Shown: positions 12,727 to 25,611 of the stretch, piece by piece
Layout of the letters: the number at the start of each line of letters is the position of its first letter
Position numbering within the stretch: the first letter of the stretch is position 1
Assembly: GCA_023515725.1 (NCBI GenBank)
Contig: JALDTO010000158.1
Location: 248,001-312,000 of the forward strand
Origin: Amoeboaphelidium protococcarum X5
Taxonomy: Eukaryota > Fungi > Aphelidiomycota
Length of the DNA: 64,000 bases
Direction: 5' to 3'
The notes under the pieces: model-generated
Told to the model about the DNA's origin: nothing
Seen by the model: only the letters and a program-made list of their open reading frames with translations
Database searches by the model: none
Program-made: the position numbers and the translations under genes

Positions 12727-14940
12727 ATGGAAGATGGAATGAGTATGGCGAAAGCCTTGTAGTATATTTAGAGATAGCATGTGGCTGCTCTCTAAAGAGA
12801 TAATGACTGGAGATGTGAGAGGGAGGAATTGCTGGACAGAATCGCATTTCTTGAAGGACAGTTGCGTGGTCATGAGTTGGTGAAGGAGAATCTGTTTAAG
12901 CGAATCCAACTACTTGAATCTGTGGTGAAAGAACTTCGGAATGGAGTCAGCGTGGATGGAAGCGGTAAATCAATAGATTCTGCTGCTGTTGTAGATACAA
13001 AAACTACGGCTCCACCTGCTGTTACCACTAATGGAGCTAAGAGCTCTTCTTCCAAAGCGAAAGATATGTTGAAGAAGTATTTGGCAGAGGTGGGTATCGA
13101 TGAATCGACTGATCTTAAATCTGTCCACTTTCTCCACAATCAAAGCAGTGATGATGATGACTAACAAGGTCCGCTCGGATTGACTAACGCTGTTAAGCTA
13201 TTTGAAAATGTTAGGAGAAAGTCCCTAGATGGTAAGAATAGAAAAGACTCTGATGCAGCGAAGGCGAGATCTAGAGTTACGGACTCTATTATATACGATC
13301 CGGATGAGCCATCATCTCCATTGATTAGTAATATGAATGGAATCGATGATTTAGACTCGCCGTTAACATCGTAAAGCGTATCTGAGTTGGACCTGGTAGC
13401 TGGCGATACTAATGATTAAGGTGCTGGCGAAAACTCTTAATCCGCCGGTAAGAAGGGCTCCAGTTTTTTCGATAGCGGGACAATAGTGTTGTTGAATGGA
13501 AAGTCTTAATCTGGAAAGTAGAATCAAAATCATCAGTCTCAAATGTAATCTAATGGTGCTCAGCCAAATCATTCAGATCCTTCAGTCTCATCTTTAGATG
13601 ACTCGGTGAGCAAGTCCACGGAGAAGTATTCATCTTGGAAAAAGAAGAAGAAGAGCCCATTCAACACCGTAGTAGTTACTTCGTCTACCGCTGCTGCGAT
13701 ATCAAATGAACTCGCCGGATTGTCTATGGATGATGTTAATGCATCTTCCACCTCTGCTACTGCTGGAGATATTAGCGGAAGCGAGACGAGTCCTGAGGGT
13801 CGAGTGAATGAAGTCAAGTTGTGGAAACCTAAATTTACGTTGAGAAGTCATTTCGATTCTGTGAGATGTGCCGCCTTTCATCCGGAAGAGTTGACTCTAT
13901 TGAGTGGAAGTGAAGATGGAACTATCAAATTGTGGAATTTGGAGCAGTAGAATACAAAAAAGAGTTCGGATATTGAGCCTGTACTGACATTTAGAGGTCA
14001 CACTGGCTCGGTGAATGCGCTCTCTTTCACCACAATGTTGACTGATAAGAACGCGCAAGACTCTGTGGGTACATTCGTATCCGGTGGTTATGATGGAATG
14101 GTTAGACTATGGTCTCTTCCCTCAAAGGTCGAGCCATATGGTAGATATCAGCCAAAGAGCTTGTAATTGGCGTGCTTTTAGGCTTTTGATGAAATCATTT
14201 GGGACTTGAAGTTTCATCCGCTAAGCAACAGGTTTGTTGTGCTGAGCAGTATTGGCGTCAAAGTGTTCTCTATCGATGATGTGTTGGAAGCGGGATCTGG
14301 TGTTCCAGCAGCACTTCAAGAAATTCCAGCTGGGGAATCTTGTCCAACTTCGTTTGATTTTGTCAAGAATGATCCTACCAAGATCTTGATTGGATTCGCT
14401 GATGGATCACTATGCAGCTATGATTTGGAGACTTGCGAGCTGATTTAAAAGTTTGGCACTGATCCGCAGTCGTAGAATGAAAGCGAAATCACTCAGGATA
14501 TGAATCATGCCGAGGATGCAGCTGGATCGGCGTCTGTATCATCTTTGCTGGTGAATAAAGTCGTCTGCCACCCGACAGAGTCCATGTGCATTACCGCTCA
14601 TGAAAATAGAAAGTTGAAGTTTTATGATATCACTAGTGGTTAGTGCACGTATCAGATGATTGCACATTTGGATTCTGTCAGTTCACTGGACATTTCCCCC
14701 AATGGACAAGTTATAATCACTGCAGGTCATGATTCAAGTGTCCGCCTATGGGATATAAATACCAGGTCCTGTTTGCAAGAATTCTCAGCTCACCGCAAAA
14801 AGTATGACGAATCTATTCACTTTGCTCTATTTCATCCCAAGAAGGCAGTGGGTGGTGATACTTTAGGTGCATCAGGCGGCAGTTAGTATCTCGCCACAGG
14901 TGGTTGCGATTCATGTGTAAAGTTGTATGGAATAAATTGA
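12727..14940 (+). CDS. STRN: Striatin (STRIPAK PP2A regulatory subunit, Far8/Pro11-like)
   Basis: N-terminal striatin coiled coil (WRCEREELLDRIAFLEGQ...LFKRIQLLE); C-terminal WD40 (WKPKFTLRSHFDSVR, AHLDSVSSL, AHRKKYDESI); 737 aa. Confidence 0.92.
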
Positions 14941-15233
14941 GAGTTGATTTTTTAAATTTATTTTATTTGTCTAGGTGATCTCACCGTTAAGTTAAGAGAG
15001 ACTTTCTCTTCATCATTGATATTTGATCGCGATCTTATTTCAACAAATTGAACCATCTTTATAAAGTAAAATCTATCTCTAAACAGGATATTTTATCTTT
15101 AGGAATGCATATTTTAAAATCACTTCAAATTGAGGAAATTAAGGTGTTTTATCCTTAATCGCTGCACAGGGAGGATGTTGAGAAGTAGATTGAACTGATA
15201 AAAAGTGGAAATGATGCTGCTACTACTTTAAAT

Positions 15234-17092
15234 TCCCGAACCTCAAAAGGCGTAGGGCGGCAAAAGACTTGCAAAAGGCTTGGGGCGGTGCAACAGTCGC
15301 GGGGAAGCAAACAAATTTGCGGCGGTTGCGAGTGTGGCTATTTATAGCCTCACGGCCGTGAGGTACGGGCTTATCTAGAAAATCTGGTTCCAAAATACAT
15401 ATGCCATTTTCGTGTTGTCAGGGTAATTGATCACTAAATAAAGCACACATTTGTGCTATTTTAAGTTTTAGAGTCTGAATCAGAAGCAGATCAAATCTAT
15501 TAGTCTTTTATATACATAGCAACAATAACGGCATATAGAATATCCCATTCATCAATGAATTTTAGCAAAAGAAATTCAATTACCAACAATATCAAACTGT
15601 TAAAATGTACAAAATTCAAAAGTTTTGCCAAGCATTACGCTAATAAAGTTGTAAAAAACATAAAGGCGGCATAATAATTACATCTGATACGAGATACATG
15701 GAGAGGAAATCTAACAAAAGACCAAAGCTTAGGCGCGTTTAGAATAGAAGACTCTATAGCAGATGCGTGATGCATACAGAAGTTTTTAAGTCTTTTCATT
15801 GGGGCGTCGTTTAGATCTAATTAATGCCTATCGTGAATCAGTGCTGGGCACTCGTATGAATGACATGGGATGGATCGAATTTAGAATTACCTACATGGAG
15901 AAGTCATATGGTTGGGCTATATGGGTCAAATGAGCCATGTAGACGTCATACTCATATGGAAATGACTACTAATCCTTTATTTGCTCCGTATAGTCATAAA
16001 CAGGCTGTAAAGTAATTGAACACATATTCTTCGTTTCCATCACTAAAATTAATCATTGATCTTCCATAGCAGACTCCTCCGCTCTCCAATCAGTGTTCAC
16101 TTCCAACGTTCTGCTACAGTGTATTGTAACGTATCGAGTTTTCAATGTCCACCCATCTACAATCTCGTCTCGAGTGACCATTAGCTATTAATACCAGACT
16201 CACTTCCGGATGCGCCGCTTTCAATGTAGCATAAACTAAAGACCGATCATCTGATAAATGGCGTTAAATCTAAAGAAACATGGAGAAACTTGGAGATCAA
16301 AAGACATCAAATGATTGAATAATATATTTCTTGACGCGTCAAATACGTGCTATATCGCACAAGAAGTTTGGAGGGATCAATTTCTACGTATGAGATAGAT
16401 CGACTAAAATGAAACGGCAATGCGCGCTTGCGTTGAAACAAATAGGATGTGATCGCGTAGACTCGACCCATATATTTAGTCATGGAAGTCATATGGCGAA
16501 TCCGAACCCCACATGACTAATGACATGAATACATGGATTATGGCCCATATGGATATGGATATGACTCCGCAATTCAAGTTTAAAGTAAGTTGAAAAGAAG
16601 TCACTCTACAATCCGACTTACAAGACTCTGACTGCAACCGTAAAAAAAAAAGCACCCACGGAACGTCATACGTGCAAATTACAAACTGGGTATCCGCGAC
16701 TGAAAAGGCGCCTATGGTATGGACAGATATATTAAAGAAGGTGCTGGTTAAACTGCTGCCCTAGAACTAGTCATCTACGGTGACTATGACGCAACTCTGT
16801 CAAAAGTGAACATCATAGCAGAGTGCGTACATCAAATTTACGTCACTAAACAAGAGTAATCCCCTACCGTGGCAACCATTTCACCAAAAAGAAAAAGACT
16901 ACAGTAGTCTGATTTTTATCCATTTGCTCCGACACGCAAATGTTCACTGATGATTTACTGCTAAGAAGATATAATACACGGTTTCAACTTTATGTGTTTA
17001 ATTTCTTCCATTTAAAAAAATAAGAACAACAACACTCTTTTGAGGTTCGGGGCAAACCAGAAGCTCTCCGCCACGCGCGAGAGAGCTCTGGG
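15234..17092 (+). mobile_element. Non-autonomous rolling-circle-type (Helentron/Helitron2-like) element, 1859 bp
   Basis: Perfect 15-bp asymmetric inverted repeat CCCGAACCTCAAAAG (15235-15249) / CTTTTGAGGTTCGGG (17037-17051); GC-rich hairpin 17057-17091 at the 3' end; TTAAAT on both flanks with T|T junction; no intact transposase seen. Confidence 0.7.
15862..16566. repeat. Two clusters of short CATATGG/CATGG/ATGACT repeats inside the element
   Basis: GAAGTCATATGG at 15900-15911 and 16485-16496; TATATGGGTC 15918-15927 inverted as GACCCATATA 16465-16474. Confidence 0.6.
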
Positions 17093-17729
17093 TTAAATCA
17101 GTTTAAATCAGGCAACATTCTCCTCCACTGTAAAAACAAGTACGACGTGGAGTATGCCGTCAATTATAAAGATCGAAATAATTGTAATAATGCGATTGAT
17201 CTGATACATATTGACTCGGAATGTAAAGCTCTAATTGCGTAGATTAAACGGGAACTCAAGTTGGCGTAAGTGTCCTCCATCGCATCATTTGCCGTTACAG
17301 CTCTTGCTCTGCCTCTTACATCGCTGTATGCACCGAGGCGATTATCGCTACATTTTACCGTTTTGAATGTGCTGTCGTTTATGACATTTCAGAGTTCAAT
17401 AAAGCAGCGATTATTAGAGTACCGCCTAATAGAGTTGAAGCATGGAACGTACCTGGTTAGACAACCGTTTAAATCATTTGGAAGATCAGTCGCGAGTATT
17501 GTCGCAGCGATAATGATGACATCCGCTGTGAGTCTCTAAATCTATTCTAGACTAATACGTAAATAATGATCAATAAATTAGTAAATTTGAATACAAAAAC
17601 TATAAAATGTTCAATAATAAGTAGTTGATAATACATTGAGCATAATCATTCTCGGATAAAGTATTCAGTATTAAAACAGCGACACTAATAACCGATTATA
17701 AATACTGATGATCATTAACCATATGATAA

Positions 17730-18704
17730 TCATTGAGCAGTCTTATTATCCTTCTTGCTGCTATTAGTAGCTGCCAGATTATCAATCAACTTCTTATCCT
17801 ACTCAGCCTAATCTTTAGCCTATTCCAAAGCCTGAACTTGCTCCTTATTCTGCAGTTTATTGTCAATGAGTTCATGCAGAACCACAATAGAGCGCGATAG
17901 AGAAGCCAAATACACAGACACCAGACGGTCATTGTTCACCACATTAAAAGATTTGGCCACCTGTTCATTACTCAAATCAGGCAGAAGATTCAAAATCTTT
18001 TACAAATTGTTCATAATTGGCTGATTAACTGGCAACTGACCAGCTAGCACTTTACCCAAGTACGACTGAATTTGGGATAAGTGCTCACCCAGACGGCCCA
18101 GAGAAGTCATCTTCTATTCCACACGACTGGCCAGATCTCCGGTGGCAGTATCCTTCACATTTCTCAACAAATGCTCCACACCAATCTCTTCACTCTCCTC
18201 ACTCGTGATCTAGCTGGGAAGATGTTCAAAAGTTCTCATTGTGGCAGTGCCATCATCCCGAATATCTTCATAGGCGACATAGGCATTCGTTGGCAGTCCC
18301 GGTTGGTCGGACGGTTCAACATTGATAATCACAAGCACTGGATGCTGAATATAGCGTTTAAACACTTGATTAATCTCAAGATCACTGGCTCTCAACTTGG
18401 GACCAGAGTGGTACCATCCAACGACTCGCTCTGTAGAATTAATCTTCCTGAACAGCTCAAACATATCCTACAAGTAATGATGATCCAAGAACCACACAGA
18501 TGTATCCTTCTCATCCTCTTCAAATGGGAGTGCATAACTATTAGCGACATTAACCACACCGCCTCTTCTCTGACCAAGGAGAACACCAACCACTCTCTTG
18601 CTAGTATTAGATGCCACACGGTTGTAATGGTCCACCACAGACAGCAGAACCAGCGGATGAACTTCAACACTCTCGGGCAAATTCAAATTTAAATCCACAG
18701 TCAT
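17730..18704 (-). CDS. RPN8: 26S proteasome lid subunit Rpn8/PSMD7
   Basis: [46 protein letters not shown]; 324 aa. Confidence 0.96.
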
Positions 18705-18950
18705 AACTATAAAATTTCAATAATTAAAAGTTGAAATATAAAACCAAAATAATCACTGGATGGTCAAAGTTATCAGTGTAATAGACACAGCTAGATGACT
18801 AACAGTTTTAGCAGAGAGAATACCGGCGCCAAAATGAAAGAGAAACGGCGAAGGAAAGACTGTAGTTCTATGAATTTAAGCGCGCTTTCTTGGTTTCATA
18901 ATGGGCGACTGACAACGACGACGAAAGGAATAAGAAGAGATCGTTTCAGA

Positions 18951-18969
18951 ACTGACTGACTGACTGACT
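18951..18969 (+). repeat. (ACTG)n tandem in the RPN8 upstream region
   Basis: actgactgactgactgact read directly. Confidence 0.8.
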
Positions 18970-19035
18970 ATTCTGATATGGACAACTGTAAAATAGGAAC
19001 ACTGTGAGGCCTAAACGCGAACTGTTATATCACTC

Positions 19036-20770
19036 ATGGACTTTCTATCGTTTTTATTCCAACAGTACCTCAAAATGTGTTTCAATCAAAGATCAACCAT
19101 ATTTACGCTGATCTTGGTCGATCTCTTTTCTGTTAACGACCGTTGTTTTAGGCAAATATGACTTTGTTTATAACTGTTTTGCGACGCTCAGCAGGCATCA
19201 GTCAATACATCTCAATCTTTTTTTTTAAATAAAGTCAACACTTTGGTTAGATTACTAGAGCGGCGGTATTCCTTTAAAAGTTCTGCCATTGAATTTTAGT
19301 TTATGTCACTGGTGGATTCGGAGGTCTTCGTGAAAACTGCTAGTGTTGGTTGTTATAAGCTGTGTGAATTACCATTACATATACAAAGTGTGCTTTAGGA
19401 GGGCCTTTTTGAGGTATACTGGTTGTGCGCAAGGTATATGTGAAGCTGCTGATTACAACTTTCTGGAAGTTCTTGAATATCGCTGTGAGTGTCGAGTCCT
19501 GGTGAGCAAATATTAGATGGAGCATCGCAAACTCCTCCGGTATAGTACTATTCCATCAGCCGAAGCTGGTAAGTTGTTCGAATAGTATCGGTTGTTGTGA
19601 GAATTACTTTGGGGTGGGGGTGTGTTAAGGACGAGGCGTTTGAGCTCACCTTCAGCGGCGTCTTGGTGGTGTCGATGTTTAAAATGGTTCTGATGCTAAT
19701 GTGAGATTCTTGGCTATAGACTACTTTGGCCACTGTGAAACGCGTTATAAGGCCATTCAGCGGCAATAACGATGGCTCAGATTTGCGTGAAGGCAACAAT
19801 CCTGTAGTAATGGGACTGGCTCGCGAGTACAAGGCACAGGTTTGGGCTTAGGAAGGCATCATGCATCTATAAGGCGGTTTTTGCTGCAATCAGTTGCCGA
19901 AAATTTGGCTCGGGAGTATTATACCTGTGAGAAGATCGACAAGGAGTTGTGTCTGTGGTAGGGTGCTCGAGTAATGGTGATAGAGAATTACAAACCTGAT
20001 GTCTCTGGAAACACGTGAGGGACAATTTTGCCTTGGCATTGAAAAGATATGTCTTTGCGATGTTGAATGGCGCCAGGTTGTACGTGGAGTACAAAAAAAG
20101 AGACTTTGGCGTCATTTTTGGTCTTGTGTCGCTACTGAAATGCAGTTAAGTCTTGTCTCTGTTGGTAACTGCCTTCCAGATGGCAGTTTACAATTAACTA
20201 AGGATCAATTTTACCGTGCCTGTGATAGCATTATGTTAAGAGTGCGCAACTTTTTGGTTGGTCATCCTTCTGACAGTATCAATCGCGAAAATTTTGACCG
20301 CTATCTGGTAATAATGTTTTGCCTGTTGGCAGAGATTGATGAAGTGGCAGAGCGCATTGGTGCGCAGAAGTCTGTGGTCCTGACGCTCTCCTTCAATGCT
20401 GGATGTCAACATATGCTTTTTTCAAGGAAAGCTTTTCTGGGATGTGAAGATCCAGTTCTTTCTAGAGAAGATAGTTTGACGGCTGCTTTGACTTCCAGCG
20501 TCATCATATTCCATATTGCAAGACTGCTTGCCTGGATATGCATTCATGGTAGCTTTATGAGCGATCAAATCTGTAGAAATTTGGAAAAGTTGCTTAATAT
20601 CATTTAGCGTAAAAAGTGAAGTTCAAGATGTGTACCAAGAGTACCTGATTAGCGTCAAGATTTTTCCAATTACTATTGGAATATCAATGAGATAGTTATA
20701 GCTGTGAATTCACGTGATGCCGAGCAGGCCAAATAATATTATATGTAAAGTTAGACACCATTGAACACGT
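19036..20770 (+). pseudogene. Decayed coding-like region of unknown family
   Basis: Long open stretches (e.g. 19999-20619) broken by TGA at 19159, 19441, 19702, 19978, 20617 and apparent frameshifts; no domain recognised. Confidence 0.4.
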
Positions 20771-20776
20771 TTTAAT

Positions 20777-23356
20777 TCATTACTTTCGTTATCTGAGATC
20801 ATACACTGCTGGTTTATCAGATTATAACTTTGTTGGTTCCTTTTATAAACTTAACGAATCACTGTCTGAAGCAATATGTCCAAGGAGCGACTTTGATGAC
20901 ATTCTTAACTTATCAGGAAGCTTTTAGAGTCCGTGAGTCAACTTGGATACTATAGACGATGAATCAGTATTAGCATCCTCCAAGAGGTCCACTTCGCGTC
21001 CTTTAAAACTCCATCTATGCTTGTACAAAGCATAACACGCCCAGCAGATAAACCAACTCTTACCAGGACTTACAAGCATAGCGATTGGCCCATAAAAGAT
21101 TGATATGAAAAATGCACTGTTAAATTGATACCAAATCACCAGCACCACCAGGATGCGGATGTATAACCTTCGATGTAGCGGGAATCTGCGTCGATTATGA
21201 ATGGGCGGTAACCAGTATACATCCTATCCAGCCGCTTTCACTTCCTCTTCAAGAGGTTGTGGTGCATAAAGCTGCTCAGGTGGTGTGATACAGAACGAAA
21301 GATAGATCACCAGAGGGCAGAAGAGATACACTAGTTCAAGTAGACCATACATCCACGTATCTGTGATGGGTACCCACTTATTTTCGATCCATATACCATA
21401 CACATAAAACCAAGCAAACTTACTCCTACTATGGAATGGTGACTAGCTAGTGTCCAATGCTGATGGAACCAATTCTCCGATGAAATACGGACCTACAACA
21501 ATGTACAAGAGATATGTCAATAGAGGATAGTACGTTCCTCTGATGGAAGCCAAAGTTACCAGCCTGTATACTGAGGCATACGCGAAATATTAAAAATCCT
21601 TATATATAGTCAATAGCCAGAAATAAACACACGCAGCACTTCTCTATGTGTATTAAGATCTATGAGGCAGCGGGTGTGGAATTGACTTGTCCATTTGAAC
21701 GAGCATCCGAGAGTATCTCACTCGCCAAGAGTAGTAGGATTTAGTTCGGTGCAGATAAGCATAATACATCTTGGGAACTAGTATCAGAACAACAAAGGCT
21801 AGTAGGTAAGCCATTAGAAATAGAACAGGCACTCTATTGGATAAATTGAGATGTAGAATGTATCCGCCAAATCCAGACTACACTGCCACCTTATTACGAT
21901 CATACGGGAACATAAACTCAATTTCATGAGATCCTGAATTACTATTCGAACCAGAGTGTTCAACTTGAACTTTTATGGTGTGAATTTGGCCATCGAGATA
22001 TCCTTCAGAAGGACATTAGATCGAATAGAAATCCCTTTTAATCATATGCACAGCGCCAATCAATTACTTTCCATCAATACTTACTGCTATATCATTGGCA
22101 GAACACTGAGGACAATTAAAGACAAAAAATCTGATATCAAAGGAGTCTTGGGTGAATAGCTAGTTATAATCCTCTTTCCCGTCAATAACATAACGAACAT
22201 CTTTCGGGCTGGTTATTAGCACGACAGGATTCGAAGTATACCGACTATCAGAACTCTTTTTAACTGTATTCTAAGACAGTAAACCATCCCAAGGCATTTG
22301 CTTCATCGATTGAATGTAATCCTAACTCAATATACTTCTATCAACAAATGATATCATACCCTTGTCAATCGATATAACACGAAACATACCATTCTACTTC
22401 ATATCTCCAATCTCCAACTCTAGAACAGAAGATTTATCACCGCTATCATTACTATTCTATCCGCTATTAACTTAATCTTATACTTGATGACTGTCAAATT
22501 TGGCATGCATAACATCCCCAAGTCCAGCCACCAATTTATGCAAGTGACCATTTAGAATAACGCTTACATTCACGGCAATATCCTAAAAGGTTAAACCATT
22601 ACTTGTAGTGCCGGTTAGAATGGTCGCAAATGGATAGTGGGATAGAAGAAACACGTGACTATACTTATCCTAACTAACAGCATGATAAATCTTATCCATA
22701 TCGGACGTATCAAGATACCCAAAAAAGTTGAATGGCCTAGATGGACCTCTTGCCGGACAGGCATTAACAGCAAGAAACAGATACTTGGCATGTGATGTCT
22801 AGTATACAAAAGAGTATCCATTCTTCCTCTACATGGAATACTCTTTGTAAAAGTTATTCGCGCTATCCCATCCATAGACGTTGAATACATCATGATTACC
22901 AGGCAAATCAAACCAAAAGTCATCCTTAATTTCATACTTTTGCAGCAATTCCCTATACATTTACCATTCCTCCAGATGCTGCAGTGAAGACAATTTCCGT
23001 TAATCTTTCGCGTCAGTCAAATCCCCAGTGACAACTACGAAAGCAGGCCGGATACCAGGCAGTGTTGAATTTAAGAAATGCTCCAGATTCTCTGCATTCT
23101 TCTTACTGAACCGACTTATATGCAAATCTGAGATATGAACAAAATGCAGTGGATCATTATCAGACTATTAATTTTCTTAATTTGCCTATAAAATTACTCT
23201 AGGTGTACTTAAGTGAAGATCTGAGGTGGATGAAGAGTTTAAATCAATCGAATCGTTCCATCTATTGTTCAAATCTTATATTGCATCCAAGTACAATCGA
23301 TACCCAAAATACCAGCAGATTGCAGTAACAGGAATAATGACATACGTAAACTTCAT
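20777..23356 (-). CDS. TMEM62: TMEM62-like metallophosphoesterase with C-terminal transmembrane region
   Basis: HFVHISDLHISRF and FVVVTGDLTDAKD motifs, hydrophobic C-terminal helices; 859 aa. Confidence 0.85.
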
Positions 23357-23771
23357 TCCTTAATTATGACTGATTTTAATAGACTGTTTAAATTCCACTG
23401 TATGATCAAATACACTGGACAGTAACTGTTTATTGCTGCAGAAGAAAAGAAAACGTATAAGAACAAAGAGAAGGCAGGTTTGAATGTATTTATTAGCGCG
23501 ACAAGGTCCGAATGAAAACGATGGCAAGAAAGAAAGACTTGCCGATCAAATGACAGACTGACTGAGAGATCACCGTCGGAAACAAAAATCCAATGGCCGA
23601 TCTTATATCGTCGTCTCATTTCGTGTCATCACTGACTGATCGTCGCTTACCAATCTCTCATGTGCTTTCTCTCGCTCTCCGATTCTCATCTCTTCTTCTT
23701 TCTCTTCCTTTCGCAGATCTCATCATCGTTAATTGTTAGAGTCTATAGTTAGATTTATTCTGATTGTACGA

Positions 23772-25454
23772 ATGGACTCTGTTGTTCACTCTTAAAGTAG
23801 TGGTGATATTAAATAGAATCAATAGGTGGGGATCGAGGCTACTTAATCGCATATTGAGAGTGGGGAAGTTGATATGCCTCCTGCAATGATTAGACAATCT
23901 TCTGCTGCTGCCGCTGTTTCCGCTTCATCATCTTCATCTTCGACCGTGCTGGGAGGCGTTTGGAATCTGATTGGGAGAGCTTATTCATCAGTTACGTCAT
24001 ACGTACCTTATACTAATTCATATCGCGTGGAATTGTTTAAAAGAGCCAAAGATGCGGAAATTAATCTCTTGCGAAATTCTCTTGGATTCTACAAGGGCGA
24101 GAAGTCAGTTGATGGTGACTCGTTTGATGTGAATGTTTCAGCTGATGGAAGCATTGGCAGCAGTAATCAGGTTTAATCACCGCGGTACAAGTATAATCCT
24201 GATGTTTAGGCGTGGACGGAATTGGTTGATATTGGCAATGATGTCAAGGTTAATACTTTTGTGATGGAGAACAATAAATTTAGCTCGTACCAAGACAATT
24301 AAAAGAGGCACTTAGTATTAACTCACGGCTATGGATCCGGTCTGGGAATGTATTACCGCATGTTTCCGTATCTGTCTTTTGCACCTGATTATTACAAAGT
24401 ATACAGTTTTGATCTTCTCGGAATGGGTCTATCTAGTCGTGTGGCACTTCCTCCTAAAGTTTGTAAGAGTAAATCGGAAGTTCAGAAGAGTGTTGAGTAG
24501 GATTTAGATGAGAATCTGCGAGACTTTGATATGGACGATGTACAGAAGGTGGAGAAGTATTTTGTTGACTCAATGGAGAAATGGCGCGTATCTATGGGCA
24601 TTGATAAGATGGTTCTGGGAGGTCACTCGCTCGGTGGATATCTCGTGAGCTGTTATGCTAGTTAGTATCCGCAGCATGTAGAGAAATTGCTCCTGATCAG
24701 TCCTGCTGGAATGAATGCAAGATTGGATTTCAGCAAGTAGATTGATAGTTTTTCGTTTACTCGACGCTCCGTAATTAAAACTGTGATTACGTTGTGGGAC
24801 TGGAATTTGACTCCGCAGTCTGTTGTCCGAATGGGAGGCTCCCTGTTTGGCGAGAGACTGGTGCGTGGCTATGTGCAGAATCGATTTAGTACCAATGTCG
24901 ATACTAATGCTGTCAAAGGGGAAGATGGTAGTATTGGTGATTTAGCATCACAATCGTCGACTACCACCAATCTTGAGACTATTCAAGATGATGATCCAGC
25001 GAGATTGAGTAAAGGAGAAATGGAAGATTTGATAAAGTACATACATGGAATGTCTTCACTTGAGGGTAGTGGCGAGTTTGCTCTTAGTCGCCTGTTATTT
25101 CCTGGTGGTTGGGCAAAGCGAGTTCTTACAATGTCTCCCACCTACAAAGCTGACCCGATTAAGTACGGAGAGCCTGCCGTGCCTCTACCAGTGGAAGCTT
25201 TTCAGAACTCACTCCTTAATCTCGTATCGTAGTAGCATCAGATTCCGATCGTATTCTACTTTGGGCAGTTTGATTTCATGGATAAGAGTACTCCAAGTCG
25301 TATGATTGAACTATCACGCAGGAGTCGCGATGAGTCCAAGAAGTTGTTTCATGATGGAAGTGATGTTGTGGTTGTTCCTGATTGCGGGCACCAACTTATC
25401 GTTCAAAATCCAGAGTATCTATGTAAAGATATTTTGAAAAGATTATCTGATTGA
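23772..25454 (+). CDS. Alpha/beta hydrolase, ABHD4/ABHD5/Cld1/Ict1 family
   Basis: LVLTHGYGSGLG, DLLGMGLSSR, GHSLGGYL nucleophile elbow, GSGEFALSRL, CGHQLIVQNP; 560 aa. Confidence 0.85.
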
Positions 25455-25611
25455 ATATAAAGTTTAGATATTGCATTCTTTATTTTACTGAATTACTTTA
25501 AAAACATGCTAACTTTGACGATATAGAGTGTAAATAGTACAGATACAGCCTGGATGTAAATGATGCGATGTTAAAAGTACTAACTTCGTACATACTATAT
25601 AATTCAATATA

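Larger units (their letters stand above)
15105..17569 (+). pseudogene. About 200-aa probable membrane protein gene interrupted by a 1.86-kb mobile element
   Basis: 5' part 15105-15233 (MHILKSLQ...AATTLN) and 3' part 17093/17099-17569 (QFKSGNILLHCK...SRLIRKQ*) join in frame when 15234-17092 is removed. Confidence 0.65.

Noticed and set aside
15860-16570. CRISPR-like array
   Set aside because: The repeats are short, irregular and lack uniform spacers, and the context is eukaryotic.
15380-17030. Fanzor/TnpB or transposase ORF inside the element
   Set aside because: No long frame or RuvC, zinc-finger, HUH or DDE motif in the frames I read with TAR=Gln.
15234-17092. Insertion as a spliceosomal or group I intron
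   Set aside because: No GT..AG ends. The U|...G| junction fits group I superficially, but no conserved catalytic core was seen.
25380-25412. Loss of the HX4D acyltransferase motif in the ABHD4/5-like protein (HQLIVQ)
   Set aside because: The motif varies in this family and the GHSLG nucleophile is intact, so it is not notable alone.
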